Below are positions 51,772 to 61,749 of a stretch of 64,000 nucleotides of DNA, piece after piece. The position numbers and the translations under genes were made by a program. This stretch comes from Clostridia bacterium (GTDB taxonomy: Bacteria; Bacillota; Clostridia; Christensenellales; CAG-138). Location: assembly GCA_017614315.1 (NCBI GenBank), contig JAGACA010000007.1:68433-132432 (forward strand), given 5' to 3'. The first letter of the stretch is position 1. Every line of letters starts with the position of its first letter. The notes beneath the pieces were generated by a model, which saw only the letters and a list, made by a program, of their open reading frames with translations, searched no databases and was not told where the DNA came from.

Positions 51772-53652
51772 TTATATTATGTCAGACCGATCGACGCGCA
51801 TGGCTCGGACGGCGTTCAGTATCGCGATCACGGCTACGCCCACGTCGGCGAATACCGCGATCCACATATTGGCTATGCCGAGAGCGCCGAGCACGAGCAC
51901 CGCGAGCTTGACCGCGAGGGCGAAAATGATGTTCTCGCGGACGATGCGCATGGTCTTTTTCGCGATGCGGACGGCGAGGGATACCTTCATCGGGTCGTCG
52001 TCGGTCAGCACCACGTCCGCCGCCTCGATCGCCGCGTCGGAGCCGAGCGCGCCCATAGCGATACCGACGTCCGCGCGGGTGAGCACGGGAGCGTCGTTTA
52101 TGCCGTCGCCCACGAAGGCGAGAGTGCGCTTTTTATCATCCCCGAGCATGCTCTCTGTGACGGCGACCTTGTCCTCGGGAAGCAGCTCGGAACGTATCTC
52201 GTCGACGCCGAGGGACGAGCCCACCTCGTTCCCGACGCGCGCAGAGTCGCCCGTGAGCATCACGGTGCGTATGCCCGCGGCCTTCAGCACGGATACGGCC
52301 TCCTTCGCGTCGCTCTTGACCTCGTCGGATATCAGTATGTGTCCGGCGTATTTATTGCCGACTGCGACGTGCACGCAGGAGGAGCGCATGTCGTGTGAGC
52401 AGCCCTCGCCGCAGACAGGGGAGATGCCGAGGCTCTCCATCAGCCTTTCGCTGCCCGCCGCGACCTCGCGGCCGTCGATGACCGCCTTTATGCCGAGACC
52501 GGGAAGCTCGTTGAGCGAGCTTATGCGGGAGGGGTCGATATGCTTTCCGTGCGCGCGGACTATGGACTGCGCGATCGGGTGATTGGAATAACTCTCCGCG
52601 ACCGCCGCCACGTCAAGGAGCTCGGCGGCGCTCACGCCGTTCGTATGTATGTCCGACACGCCGAAGCTGCCCTTCGTGAGCGTGCCGGTCTTGTCGAACA
52701 CGACCGTTCCGACCCTCGACAGCGCCTCGATGAAGCTCGCACCCTTTATAAGTATGCCCTTTGACGACGCGCCGCCCATGCCGGAGAAGAACGAGAGCGG
52801 CACGCTGATAACGAGCGCGCAGGGACAGGACACGACGAGGAATATGAGCGCGCGGTGTATCCATACTTCCCACTCGCCGTTAAAAAGAAGCGGCGGGATC
52901 AACGCGAGGAGCAGCGCCGAGATGACCACCGCGGGGGTATAATACCTCGCGAATTTGGTGATGAAGTTCTCGGACTTCGCCTTGCGTTCCGCGGAGCGCT
53001 CGACGAGCTCGAGTATCTTGCTTACGGCGCTCTCCTTATACGTGCCGGTCGTGCGCATGCGGAACACGGAGCCCACGTTGATGGAGCCGCTGAAAACGTT
53101 CTCGCCGACGCCGAGATCGCGCGGGAGGCTCTCGCCCGTCAGCGCGGCGGTATCGACGGAAGCAGCGCCGCTTAAGATCACGCCGTCGAGAGGCACGCGC
53201 TCGCCGGCGCGGACGACGATCTCCTCGCCCGCGGCGACCTCGTCGGGGGACACGGAGATCTCTTCGCCGCCGCGGACGACGTTCGCGTGATCGGGACGAA
53301 TGTCCATCAGGGCCGCGATCGACCTGCGGCTCCTGCCGACGGCGACGCTCTGGAAGAGCTCGCCCACCTGGTAAAGCAGCATTACAGCCGCCGCCTCGGG
53401 ATACTCCTTCACCGCAAAGGCTCCAGCGGTCGCGATCACCATCAGGAAGCACTCGTCGAACACCTGCCCGTGGATCATGTTCCGCGCCGCCTTGAATATA
53501 ACGTCATAGCCCACGACAAGGTAGGGTGCGAGGAAGAGCATAAGCTCCGCCCACCACGGGAGCGGGAGAAAATGCGTGACGGCAAAAGCCGCCGCGAACA
53601 GGGCGGCGGATACGATCACGCGTATCAGCGTTTTTTTCTGACGGCGGGTCAT
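51772..53652 (-). CDS. cadA: Heavy-metal (Zn/Cd-type) P1B ATPase
   Basis: 626 aa. CPC in SCPCALVISVP, DKTGTLT, GDGINDAP, and ADVGVAVIAILNAVR in the last TM helix. Confidence 0.85.
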   Translation of the reverse strand: MTRRQKKTLIRVIVSAALFAAAFAVTHFLPLPWWAELMLFLAPYLVVGYDVIFKAARNMIHGQVFDECFLMVIATAGAFAVKEYPEAAAVMLLYQVGELFQSVAVGRSRRSIAALMDIRPDHANVVRGGEEISVSPDEVAAGEEIVVRAGERVPLDGVILSGAASVDTAALTGESLPRDLGVGENVFSGSINVGSVFRMRTTGTYKESAVSKILELVERSAERKAKSENFITKFARYYTPAVVISALLLALIPPLLFNGEWEVWIHRALIFLVVSCPCALVISVPLSFFSGMGGASSKGILIKGASFIEALSRVGTVVFDKTGTLTKGSFGVSDIHTNGVSAAELLDVAAVAESYSNHPIAQSIVRAHGKHIDPSRISSLNELPGLGIKAVIDGREVAAGSERLMESLGISPVCGEGCSHDMRSSCVHVAVGNKYAGHILISDEVKSDAKEAVSVLKAAGIRTVMLTGDSARVGNEVGSSLGVDEIRSELLPEDKVAVTESMLGDDKKRTLAFVGDGINDAPVLTRADVGIAMGALGSDAAIEAADVVLTDDDPMKVSLAVRIAKKTMRIVRENIIFALAVKLAVLVLGALGIANMWIAVFADVGVAVIAILNAVRAMRVDRSDII

Positions 53653-53653
53653 G

Positions 53654-53875
53654 TTACATGATTATGCGGCAGTCGGGCTCGATCTTCCGCACGGTCTTCA
53701 CGACCTTTTTCATCAGCGCGTCGAAGTCGACGCCGTCGTCGGCCTCGACGGTCATCTTCTGCGTCATGAAAGATACGCTCGCGTCCTTGACACCGTCGAG
53801 CTTCTTTATGCCCAATTCCATCTTCGCCGCGCAGTTGGCGCAGTCGAGATCCTCAAGATCGAATGTCTTTCTCAT
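53654..53875 (-). CDS. Stand-alone heavy-metal-associated (HMA) domain protein
   Basis: 73 aa. LDCANCAAKME CxxC metal-binding motif. Ends 1 nt before the cadA start. Confidence 0.8.
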   Translation of the reverse strand: MRKTFDLEDLDCANCAAKMELGIKKLDGVKDASVSFMTQKMTVEADDGVDFDALMKKVVKTVRKIEPDCRIIM

Positions 53876-54216
53876 TTTTTCTCCTCCATAAGGTGATCGA
53901 AGCCCTGTTCAATTATCGTCCTCACGTGATCGTCGGCGAGGAAGTACACGTTAGTGCGTCCGTCCCTCCTGCATCCGACGAGCTTCGCGTCCTTAAGTAT
54001 CTTAAGCTGATGGGATATGGCCGACTGCTCCATTTTCAGGAGCTCCGCTATCGCGCAGACGCAAAGCTCCGACTCGAACAGCGAGTACAGTATCTTTATG
54101 CGCGTCGTGTCGCCGAAAAGCTTGAAAAGATCGCCCAGATCGCATAGGAGCTCGTCCTTTGGGAGCAGCTCGGTCACGGCCTTTATCGCCGCGGAATGAT
54201 CGTGCTTGCGGGGCAT
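53872..54216 (-). CDS. ArsR/SmtB-family metalloregulator (CadC-like)
   Basis: Start re-set to the ATG at 54216 (AAAGGAGA upstream). ELCVCAIAELLKMEQSAISHQLKILKDAKLV is the ArsR HTH. Confidence 0.85.
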   Translation of the reverse strand: MPRKHDHSAAIKAVTELLPKDELLCDLGDLFKLFGDTTRIKILYSLFESELCVCAIAELLKMEQSAISHQLKILKDAKLVGCRRDGRTNVYFLADDHVRTIIEQGFDHLMEEKK

Positions 54217-54230
54217 ACATGAATCTCCTT

Positions 54231-54269
54231 TCATATGAATCATCATTCATATGATAATACATTCATATG
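54231..54269. promoter_or_regulatory. ArsR/CadC-type operator
   Basis: Perfect inverted repeat TCATATGAAT-CATC-ATTCATATGA (54231-54254), plus a third half-site ATTCATATG (54261-54269). Confidence 0.65.
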
Positions 54270-54295
54270 TGTTTGTCAATACACCGAAAGTATTT

Positions 54296-54327
54296 TTTAC
54301 AAAAAAAGGCCGTCCATCCGGACGGCC
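54296..54327 (-). terminator. Rho-independent terminator after ftsZ
   Basis: Stem GGCCGTCC/GGACGGCC (54308-54315/54320-54327) with a 4-nt loop, followed on the minus strand by TTTTTTTTGT. Confidence 0.8.
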
Positions 54328-54340
54328 GTGCGTGTTATGT

Positions 54341-55750
54341 TCAGTGTTTCTTGTTCCTGTTCCTCAGGAAGGACGGGACCTCGAGGCCTCCGCGAGGATT
54401 GTATCCGTTCTCGTCCTCCTCTTCGGCGGGACGGCGGGAAGCGTTCTGATCCCTGTTGTCGGAGTAAAAGTTGGGCTCGCGCTCATCACTGCGGGTGCCG
54501 CGGACGGAGCCGGAGTCGCCCTGACGATAGCCGTACTCCTCGGCGGAGGGGCGGGTGTAGCCCTTGTTGGGATCGAAGTTCCTCGGACGGGAATAACCGG
54601 GAGCGGGCTCGGCAGGCTGCTGATAGCGCTGCTCGGCGGGCGCCCTGTACTCGGGCTTGGGCTCCTCGACGGGAGCGGGCGCATCGGCGGGCTTGGGCTC
54701 TTCGACGGGAGCGGGCTCTTCCTTAACGGGCGGGAAGGGCTTCCTCTCGCCGGGGTTCATGGCGGGGGACTGACCGGAAAGGTCGTATTCGCCCCAGCCG
54801 AAGCCGGTCGCGATCACGGTGGCGCGGACGGTATCGCCCATGTCCTCTTCGTTACTCATGGCGACGATGATGGTGGCGTCGGGATCGACGACCTCCTGAA
54901 CAGGCATGCAGCCCTCGTTGAACTCGTTAAGGGTGAAGCGGTTGCCGCCCACGATGTGGATCAGCACGCCCTTCGCGCCGTCGATGGTGGTCTCGAGCAG
55001 CGGGCTCTCGACCGCCTGCTTGACGGCCTCGATACAGCCCTTGTCGCCCTTCGCGACGCCGATACCCATATGAGCCATGCCGCTGTTCGACATGACGGTC
55101 CTGATGTCCTCGAAGTCGCAGTTGATGATGGAGGGCTTGGTGATGACGTCCGAAATGCCCTGTACGCCCTGACGGAGGATATCGTCGGCGACCTTGAACG
55201 CGTCGTTTGCGGGCATATCGCCTGCGACCTTCAGAACGCGGTCGTTGGGAATAACGATGAGGGCGTCGACCACGCCGCGGAGCTTATCGATGCCTTCCAT
55301 CGCCTTGCGCATGCGGGAACGACCCTCGAAGAAGAAGGGCTTGGTCACAACGCCGAAGGTGAGGATGCCCATTTCCTTCGCCGCCCTTGCGACGATGGGA
55401 GCAGCGCCGGTACCGGTGCCGCCGCCCATACCGGCGGTGATGAAAACGAGATCCGCGCCGCGCATGACGGAGGAGATCTCCTCAAGATTCTCCTCAGCCG
55501 CGGCCTCGCCCTTTTCGGGCTGCGCGCCCGCGCCGAGGCCCTTGGTGACCTTCTCGCCGATCTGGAGCTTCACGTCCGCGCGGGAGGTGGAGAGCGCCTG
55601 CAGGTCGGTATTGATGGAGATGAACTCAACGTTCTCGAGGCCGGCCTCGACCATGCGGTTGACGGCGTTTCCGCCGGCGCCGCCGACGCCGATGACCTTA
55701 AGCTGAGCGACGTTGCCCGATTCGTTATCCAATTCGAAATCCAATGCCAT
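54341..55750 (-). CDS. ftsZ: Cell division GTPase FtsZ
   Basis: 469 aa. [13 protein letters not shown] and [12 protein letters not shown] tubulin signature. Pro/Glu-rich linker and conserved C-terminal peptide EVPSFLRN. Confidence 0.97.
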   Translation of the reverse strand: MALDFELDNESGNVAQLKVIGVGGAGGNAVNRMVEAGLENVEFISINTDLQALSTSRADVKLQIGEKVTKGLGAGAQPEKGEAAAEENLEEISSVMRGADLVFITAGMGGGTGTGAAPIVARAAKEMGILTFGVVTKPFFFEGRSRMRKAMEGIDKLRGVVDALIVIPNDRVLKVAGDMPANDAFKVADDILRQGVQGISDVITKPSIINCDFEDIRTVMSNSGMAHMGIGVAKGDKGCIEAVKQAVESPLLETTIDGAKGVLIHIVGGNRFTLNEFNEGCMPVQEVVDPDATIIVAMSNEEDMGDTVRATVIATGFGWGEYDLSGQSPAMNPGERKPFPPVKEEPAPVEEPKPADAPAPVEEPKPEYRAPAEQRYQQPAEPAPGYSRPRNFDPNKGYTRPSAEEYGYRQGDSGSVRGTRSDEREPNFYSDNRDQNASRRPAEEEDENGYNPRGGLEVPSFLRNRNKKH

Positions 55751-55811
55751 TTTATGATCCTCCGTGGGTATTATTCGTTTGATTCGTTAAGTCTTTTATG
55801 CGGAACGCTTA

Positions 55812-56981
55812 TCAGCTGCGCCAGTCGAATACGCTCCTTAAATATTTTTCCGTGCGCTTCACGGCCGAAAGCCTGCCGAGCCTGAACAGGGCGAAATCGG
55901 CGAGGCCGAAGGCGGAAACGTAGCCCATGGAGCCGTTGCGACTGACCTTGGGCAGAGTCACGGAAACGTTGCGGCCGAGTCTCGACTCGATGAACTCGGC
56001 GGCGCCGCGCATGGAAGCGAGCCCGCTGCCGACCAGCCAGACGGGAACGTTCCTGTCGGCCATGCCGTCGAGCTTGTCCGCGAGCATGTCGCAGAGCTCC
56101 TCCGCGCGGGACTCGATAATGAGCTGTATGAACGAATGCTCGACGTCGAAAATGCCCTCGCCCGGGACCCTTACACGTTCGCTGGTATCGCCGTAATCGA
56201 GCGAGAATACGTAGCGCCTCTTAAGATCCTCGGCGATGTCCCTCGGGACGCGCAGACCGAAGCATAGATCGTTCGTGAAATGCCTTCCGCCGACGGGTAT
56301 GGAGTCGGATGAAATTATCGCGTTGCCGGAAAGCAGGTCGATATCCGTAAAGCTCCCGCCGCAGTCGACGAGGAACACGGAGCTTGCGCGCACGTCGCCG
56401 GGAACGGTGAAGCACGCCGCCGCGAGCGCGGTGGAGACGAAGGACTCGATGCCGATGCCGAGCTTGTTCAATACCGCGCCGACAACGCGCTTGTACTCAT
56501 CGTCGACGAAGCAGTGCGAAACGTTTGCGGAGAGCACTCCGCAGGGAAGCCCCACGGGCGAGCCCGTGATGGGCGTCTTGTCGGCAAAATAAGACACCGC
56601 CGTCGAATGGATGAGCGAATAGCCCTCGGGAGTCTGATCCTTGAGGGAGCTTTCGATAAGATAATCGACGTCGGCGGATTCGATCCTGCCGTTTCTGGTC
56701 TCGATACGGACCGCGCCGTGGGTGCCCACGACAGCCATAAAGGGGGAGGGGACGCCGACGGTCAGCTCCTTGATGCTGACGCCGGCGGCCTTCTCGGCTT
56801 CTTCAACGGCGCCCCTGACGGCGTCGTAAAGCTCCCTCTTGCGGGGAAGCTCGCCGAGGCGGAACCCGTTATATTCCCTGACGCCGGTGCCGCGGATTAT
56901 CATCGCGCCGTCGGTGTCAGGGGCGACTGTCATACAGACCGCCTTGGAGGAGCCTATATCGAGTATTGAACAAGTACGCAT
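55812..56981 (-). CDS. ftsA: FtsA-like actin-fold cell division protein
   Basis: 389 aa. ILDIGSSK phosphate-1-like motif and VDCGGSFTDI. Position directly upstream of ftsZ. Confidence 0.8.
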   Translation of the reverse strand: MRTCSILDIGSSKAVCMTVAPDTDGAMIIRGTGVREYNGFRLGELPRKRELYDAVRGAVEEAEKAAGVSIKELTVGVPSPFMAVVGTHGAVRIETRNGRIESADVDYLIESSLKDQTPEGYSLIHSTAVSYFADKTPITGSPVGLPCGVLSANVSHCFVDDEYKRVVGAVLNKLGIGIESFVSTALAAACFTVPGDVRASSVFLVDCGGSFTDIDLLSGNAIISSDSIPVGGRHFTNDLCFGLRVPRDIAEDLKRRYVFSLDYGDTSERVRVPGEGIFDVEHSFIQLIIESRAEELCDMLADKLDGMADRNVPVWLVGSGLASMRGAAEFIESRLGRNVSVTLPKVSRNGSMGYVSAFGLADFALFRLGRLSAVKRTEKYLRSVFDWRS

Positions 56982-57046
56982 TTATATTTCCACGCTTTGC
57001 CCGATAAAAAAGGGCATAGCTTCCCTTGTTATATTAATACCGAATA

Positions 57047-57076
57047 ATTATAACACAGGGGAACTGCCCTACGCAA
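57047..57076 (-). promoter_or_regulatory. Candidate promoter upstream of ftsA
   Basis: On the minus strand: TTGCGT (57071-57076), 18 nt spacer, extended -10 TGTTATAAT (57047-57055). Confidence 0.4.
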
Positions 57077-57112
57077 GACAAAATAACAAAAAATTTCTAT
57101 ATAATATGCGGA

Positions 57113-57967
57113 TCAGCCGTCCGAAGGCCCGCCCTCCGCGTCCTCGGTCGCCTGCTCGGTGGGCGCCGGCGTCACGACAGGCGCGGGGGTGGGGTAGGAA
57201 ACGTCGGTGGAGCCGGTCGAATTGACATAGATTATCGCCCTTTGCGCCATCAGGGGATCGACCTTCGGCAGAGCCCTGAACATCCTTTCGATCTTCGAGG
57301 GTATGTTCACGGAATCGCCAAGCATGACGGTCACGCCGTTCGAGGTGACTATCTTGACGCTCGAGGAATTGGATATGTCGACGTATTTTAAGGAGCTCAC
57401 GCGGCTGCCCACGCTCTCGATTATCCGCATCACGGTGTAGGGACGGAGCCTGCCCGCGTCCGCGTCGATCTTAGTGCCGACGGTAAAGCCCATCGAGCCG
57501 AGCCCGTATATGGGCAAAAGTCCCGCGACGCTCTCCTCGGAGCGGCCTATATCGAGCACCCAGCCCGATTCGTCGATCACGCAGTACGAGCCGCCGCCCA
57601 GAAGTATCGCGGCGTATTCCTTACGCTCCTTCACCCTTATTACGAGTTGGGACGGGTACTTTCTGGAGACGGCTTCGCAGTAAAGATACGGATCTTTATT
57701 GACGCCCTTCTTCGCTGCGGCAAGGTCGTACGCGAATATGTTCCTGCCGGTGTAAAGCCCCGAAAGGTTGATTATCGCGTCGGCGGAATAGGTCTCGTTC
57801 CCGTAGACGGCGATGCTCCTGACCTTCGTCAGGAAATAGCCGCCGATCAAAATGAGCGCGAGCCCCAGTATCGCGAGCACGGCGATAAAAGCCGCGTTCG
57901 GCTTCGGCTTTTTTGCGGCCTCGGTTATAGGCGTGACGTTATTCGTCTGCTCTTTCGGGCTCTGCAT
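57113..57967 (-). CDS. ftsQ: FtsQ/DivIB-type cell division protein
   Basis: 284 aa. Single TM helix, then a POTRA-like VRSIAVYGNETYS segment. Position between ftsW and ftsA. Confidence 0.75.
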   Translation of the reverse strand: MQSPKEQTNNVTPITEAAKKPKPNAAFIAVLAILGLALILIGGYFLTKVRSIAVYGNETYSADAIINLSGLYTGRNIFAYDLAAAKKGVNKDPYLYCEAVSRKYPSQLVIRVKERKEYAAILLGGGSYCVIDESGWVLDIGRSEESVAGLLPIYGLGSMGFTVGTKIDADAGRLRPYTVMRIIESVGSRVSSLKYVDISNSSSVKIVTSNGVTVMLGDSVNIPSKIERMFRALPKVDPLMAQRAIIYVNSTGSTDVSYPTPAPVVTPAPTEQATEDAEGGPSDG

Positions 57968-59096
57968 CTTCGGGATCGACCTCTGTATAGCGTGAAATGT
58001 TCAATAGTATGCCCATCGCCGCCATGAAGACCATGAGCGACGTGCCTCCGTAGCTAACGAACGGAAGTGTCTGCCCCGTGGACGGGATCGCCCTTGTTAC
58101 GACGCCGACGTTTATAAGCACCTGCACGGCGAGCACGGAGGTTATTCCGCCCGCGAGCAGGCGGCCGAACCTGTCGTGGCAGCGCATGGCGATGAGTATG
58201 CCGCGGTATATCGCAAAGAAATACGCGGCGAGGAGCAGGAAGCATCCGACGAAGCCGAGCTCCTCTCCGATTATCGCGAATATGTAGTCGTTCTCCCTTT
58301 CGGGAAGGAACAAAAGCTTCTGCTTGGAGTAATTCAGCCCCTGTCCGAAGAAACCGCCGTTGCCGAGCGCTATGCAGGACTGCAGCGTCTGGTAATTCGA
58401 GCCGGTGGGATCGGCAGTGGGATTAAGATACGACGTCAGCCTTGCAAGACGGTAGCCCTCGAGTATGATGACCAGAAGTCCTGCCAGAACGCCGACGACG
58501 ACCAGAAAAAACCTGTGCGAGAGCCTCGAGCCGCCGAGATACATCATTATGTAAGTGATGAGGCAGAGGATTATGACCAGCGAGAAATTGGGCTGGAAAA
58601 TGATCAGCACCGCCATGGGCAGAAGCGCGACAAGGCAGGGGACGATGCCCAGGATAAAGCTCTGCATGTACACGCGCTTCGAGCACATCAGCGCCGAAAG
58701 GACTATGACGAGAGCGAATTTCGAGAACTCCGACGGCTGGAACTGGAACCCCGCGATGTTTATCCACCGCTTCGCGCCGTTCAGCTCGACGCCCCATATG
58801 AGAGTCGCCGCAAGTATGATGAGAACGGCCGCATATCCGTACGGGGCGAGCTTTTTCCAAAGTGAGAATTTGAAGAACGAAAGCCCGAGCATCATCGCAA
58901 GGCCCGCGCCGAAGAATACGAGCTGTCTTTTAAGGAAATAGGTCCCCGAGCCGTATTTTACCTGGGCGTAGTAATAGCTTGCGGAGAAGAGCATCACGAG
59001 GCCGAAGACGCAGATGATAAGGATCACCGCGAAAAGCGGGAAATCGAAGTGATGCCTGTTTGCCGCTGTTCTGTTTGCCGTCTGGACGCTTTCCAT
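57939..59096 (-). CDS. ftsW: FtsW/RodA/SpoVE-family (SEDS) protein
   Basis: 385 aa, polytopic. Motifs INIAGFQFQPSEFSKF and LPERENDYIFAIIGEELG. Confidence 0.85.
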   Translation of the reverse strand: MESVQTANRTAANRHHFDFPLFAVILIICVFGLVMLFSASYYYAQVKYGSGTYFLKRQLVFFGAGLAMMLGLSFFKFSLWKKLAPYGYAAVLIILAATLIWGVELNGAKRWINIAGFQFQPSEFSKFALVIVLSALMCSKRVYMQSFILGIVPCLVALLPMAVLIIFQPNFSLVIILCLITYIMMYLGGSRLSHRFFLVVVGVLAGLLVIILEGYRLARLTSYLNPTADPTGSNYQTLQSCIALGNGGFFGQGLNYSKQKLLFLPERENDYIFAIIGEELGFVGCFLLLAAYFFAIYRGILIAMRCHDRFGRLLAGGITSVLAVQVLINVGVVTRAIPSTGQTLPFVSYGGTSLMVFMAAMGILLNISRYTEVDPEDAEPERADE

Positions 59097-60466
59097 CAGA
59101 TGCCGTTGACTATCTCCTTGAATATCCTGCCGCGTTCCTCGTAATCGGTGAACATCCCCCAGCTCGCGCAGGCGGGGGAGAGCAGCACCGCGTCGCCCTC
59201 GCTCGCGAGACTCTTCGCGGTCACTATCATCTCTTTGAAATCATCGCCGACGGCGACGATCTCGGTAAAGCCCTCGTCGATGGCCGCGCGCATAATGGCC
59301 TCGGTGTTGGAGCCGTTGACCACGGCCGCCTTCACGACGCCCTTTGCCGCACGGAAAACGGGGCGGTAATCGCTCTTTTTGTCGTAATTGCCGGCGCCGA
59401 GGAGCAGTATCGTCGGCTGCTTCATGGCCTCGATCGCCTTTATGGTGGATTCGGGATTCGTGCCCTTCGAGTCGTTATAGAACGTCACGCCGTCGACCGT
59501 GCGGGTGAACTCGATGCGGTGCTCGACGCCCTTGAACTCGCGCAGGATCTTCCTCACGACCTCGATGTGCACGCCCATCCCGAGGGACAGACATACCGCG
59601 CAGAGAGCGTTCTCGAGGTTGTGATTGCCGATTATGCCCAGCTCCGACGCGGGGATGACCGGCGCCTCGATGGATCCGCGGCGATAGACGATCATGCCGT
59701 CCCTGACGAAAGCGCCGTTCGCGACCTCGTTAAGGCGGGAGAAGGTGAGTATCTTCGCCTTGGTCTTTGCGGACATGACGATGGGATCGTCTGCGTTTAG
59801 CACGGCGATATCGTCCGCGGTCTGGTTCTCAAACATACGCATCTTGGCGGCGATGTATGCCTCCATGGAGCCGAAGCGGTTTATGTGATCCTCGGTTATG
59901 TTAAGGAGCCCCGCCGCGTTCGGGCGGAATTCCTTTATGCTCTCGAGCTGTAAGGACGCGGTTTCCGCGACGACGGTGTCGCCCGCCCTCGTTTCAAGCG
60001 CGTGCTCGGTAATGGGTATGCCGATATTGCCGAGAACGAAGGTGCTCGTGCCGTCGTTCCTCCTTATGCAGTCCGCCTTGAATATCTCGCCGGTGAGCGC
60101 GGTCGTGGTGGTCTTGCCGTTGGTGCCGCCGATGCACACGAAGCGGGCTCCGCGGTCAGAATACCTGAAGCCGAGCTCGATCTCGCCGATGACCTCGATC
60201 CCCATGGATATCGCGGTCTTTACGAAGGGCTTGAAAATGGGTATGACGGGGGAGAGCACCATAAGGTCGACGCCCTCCAAAAGCGCCTCCGGGGGTACTC
60301 CCAGCCTGTTTTCGTATTCTATGCCGTCAAGCGACTCCTCGAGCCCCTCGATCTCGCTTTTGAGATCGTTGATTATTATGCGGTAGCCCTGCTTATAGAG
60401 CAGCTTTGCGGAGGAAACGCCGCTTTTGGCCATGCCGACGATCAATGCCGTTTTCTTTTTGCACAT
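59096..60466 (-). CDS. murD: UDP-N-acetylmuramoylalanine--D-glutamate ligase
   Basis: 456 aa. N-terminal VGMAKSGVSSAKLL Rossmann segment and GGTNGKTTTT P-loop. Position in the dcw cluster. Confidence 0.9.
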   Translation of the reverse strand: MCKKKTALIVGMAKSGVSSAKLLYKQGYRIIINDLKSEIEGLEESLDGIEYENRLGVPPEALLEGVDLMVLSPVIPIFKPFVKTAISMGIEVIGEIELGFRYSDRGARFVCIGGTNGKTTTTALTGEIFKADCIRRNDGTSTFVLGNIGIPITEHALETRAGDTVVAETASLQLESIKEFRPNAAGLLNITEDHINRFGSMEAYIAAKMRMFENQTADDIAVLNADDPIVMSAKTKAKILTFSRLNEVANGAFVRDGMIVYRRGSIEAPVIPASELGIIGNHNLENALCAVCLSLGMGVHIEVVRKILREFKGVEHRIEFTRTVDGVTFYNDSKGTNPESTIKAIEAMKQPTILLLGAGNYDKKSDYRPVFRAAKGVVKAAVVNGSNTEAIMRAAIDEGFTEIVAVGDDFKEMIVTAKSLASEGDAVLLSPACASWGMFTDYEERGRIFKEIVNGI

Positions 60467-60517
60467 GTCACACCTCGGTATACGAACGCCCGAAAGGAGC
60501 GGTTATCTCTAAAAAAA

Positions 60518-60681
60518 GCCATTCGGCACGGCAGGGAGCTTGCAAAAGGAGAACAGCTTTTGCAAGCTTCCGTTGGAAGTCTTACGGCCTTCCGAAAGTC
60601 CTGCAAGCTTCTTGTCCGTCGCTCTTAAAACGTACCAAGTGCCAACATGAAACACGTTTTTCGAGCGCATTGCCGAATGGC
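60518..60681 (-). other. Structured intergenic element between mraY and murD
   Basis: 11-bp terminal inverted repeat GCCATTCGGCA (60518-60528) / TGCCGAATGGC (60671-60681). Internal perfect 11-bp hairpin at 60538-60567. Three copies of GCAAGCTT. On the minus strand the outer stem is followed by TTTTTTT. Confidence 0.5.
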
Positions 60682-60693
60682 GGATTAACTTTT

Positions 60694-61719
60694 TTACATG
60701 AACAGCGAAAGCGCGGCGAGGCACGCAAGCGCGGTCACGATCATGTACCCCGTGACGATCTTCGTCTCGGGATAGCCTTTCATCTCAAAGTGATGGTGCA
60801 GAGGCGCCATTTTGAATATCCTCTTGCCGTGGCGGAGCTTATAGGAGCCCACCTGCAGAACGACGCTGACGGCGGACGCGACGATGCATACGCCCATCAG
60901 GAGGAACAGGAACAGGTGCCGGGAGTAGAGCACCATCGCGGAGATGGCACCTCCGAGCGCCATGGAGCCCGTGTCGCCCATGAATACCTTGGCGGGATAG
61001 CTGTTCTTCGAAAGGAAGCCCAGAAGTCCGCCCGCGACCGCAAAGGCGAATACCGCCATGTCGGTCATGCCCTCGGCCTCGGCGACGAATATGGGCTCGT
61101 TTGCGAAGCCCTGCGCGAACGCCCTGCCGAGATAGAGGAATATGATCCCCATCGAGACGGAATAGACGAGCGTCACGCCCGAGGCGAGGCCGTCGAGGCC
61201 GTCGGTCAGGTTCGTCGCGTTGACTATCGCGATGACGGCGAACATGACGAGGGGTATGTACCAGAACCCGAGATCGATCTTGACGTCGAACGACGCGAAC
61301 CAAAGCTCGGAGCCGATATACTTATAAGCGAACACCGCCACCGCGGCGGCGAGGAGCACCTGCGCGATGATCTTCTGATAGGCGCGGAGGCCGAGGTTCC
61401 TCTTGTGCTTTACCTTTATGAAATCGTCGAGGAAGCCGACGAGCCCGAAGCCGAACATCATTATGAGCGAGGGCACGGAGTACCACAGCGCCGCGTCGTA
61501 TTTCGAGAACGCGAGCGTGCCGATGATTATCGCGGCGACGAACATGATCCCGCCCATCGAGGGCGTGCCCTCCTTGGAGGAGTGCGCGTGGGGCCCTTCT
61601 TCGCGCTCCACCTGCCCGTATTTCATGCGGCGGAGCATGGGGATGAAGAACGGCGCGATCAGCATAACTGCCGCGCAGGACGCGATAAAGGCAAGGATCG
61701 GTCTTAAGTAGTCGTGCAT
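60694..61719 (-). CDS. mraY: Phospho-N-acetylmuramoyl-pentapeptide transferase
   Basis: 341 aa, polytopic. NATNLTDGLDGLA, FMGDTGSMALGG and APLHHHFE motifs. Confidence 0.95.
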   Translation of the reverse strand: MHDYLRPILAFIASCAAVMLIAPFFIPMLRRMKYGQVEREEGPHAHSSKEGTPSMGGIMFVAAIIIGTLAFSKYDAALWYSVPSLIMMFGFGLVGFLDDFIKVKHKRNLGLRAYQKIIAQVLLAAAVAVFAYKYIGSELWFASFDVKIDLGFWYIPLVMFAVIAIVNATNLTDGLDGLASGVTLVYSVSMGIIFLYLGRAFAQGFANEPIFVAEAEGMTDMAVFAFAVAGGLLGFLSKNSYPAKVFMGDTGSMALGGAISAMVLYSRHLFLFLLMGVCIVASAVSVVLQVGSYKLRHGKRIFKMAPLHHHFEMKGYPETKIVTGYMIVTALACLAALSLFM

Positions 61720-61749
61720 AAGGTTTCCTCTTTTAGGTAAAAAGGACGT

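Noticed and set aside
54251-55885. 544-aa plus-strand ORF opposite ftsZ, and similar long antisense ORFs at 51215-52582 (opposite cadA), 60406-61707 (opposite mraY), 62167-62994 (opposite murE) and 59060-59800/60002-60628 (opposite murD)
   Set aside because: These are GC-rich-region artefacts. Stop codons are rare on the antisense strand, and the sense strands encode unambiguous FtsZ, CadA, MraY, MurE and MurD motifs.
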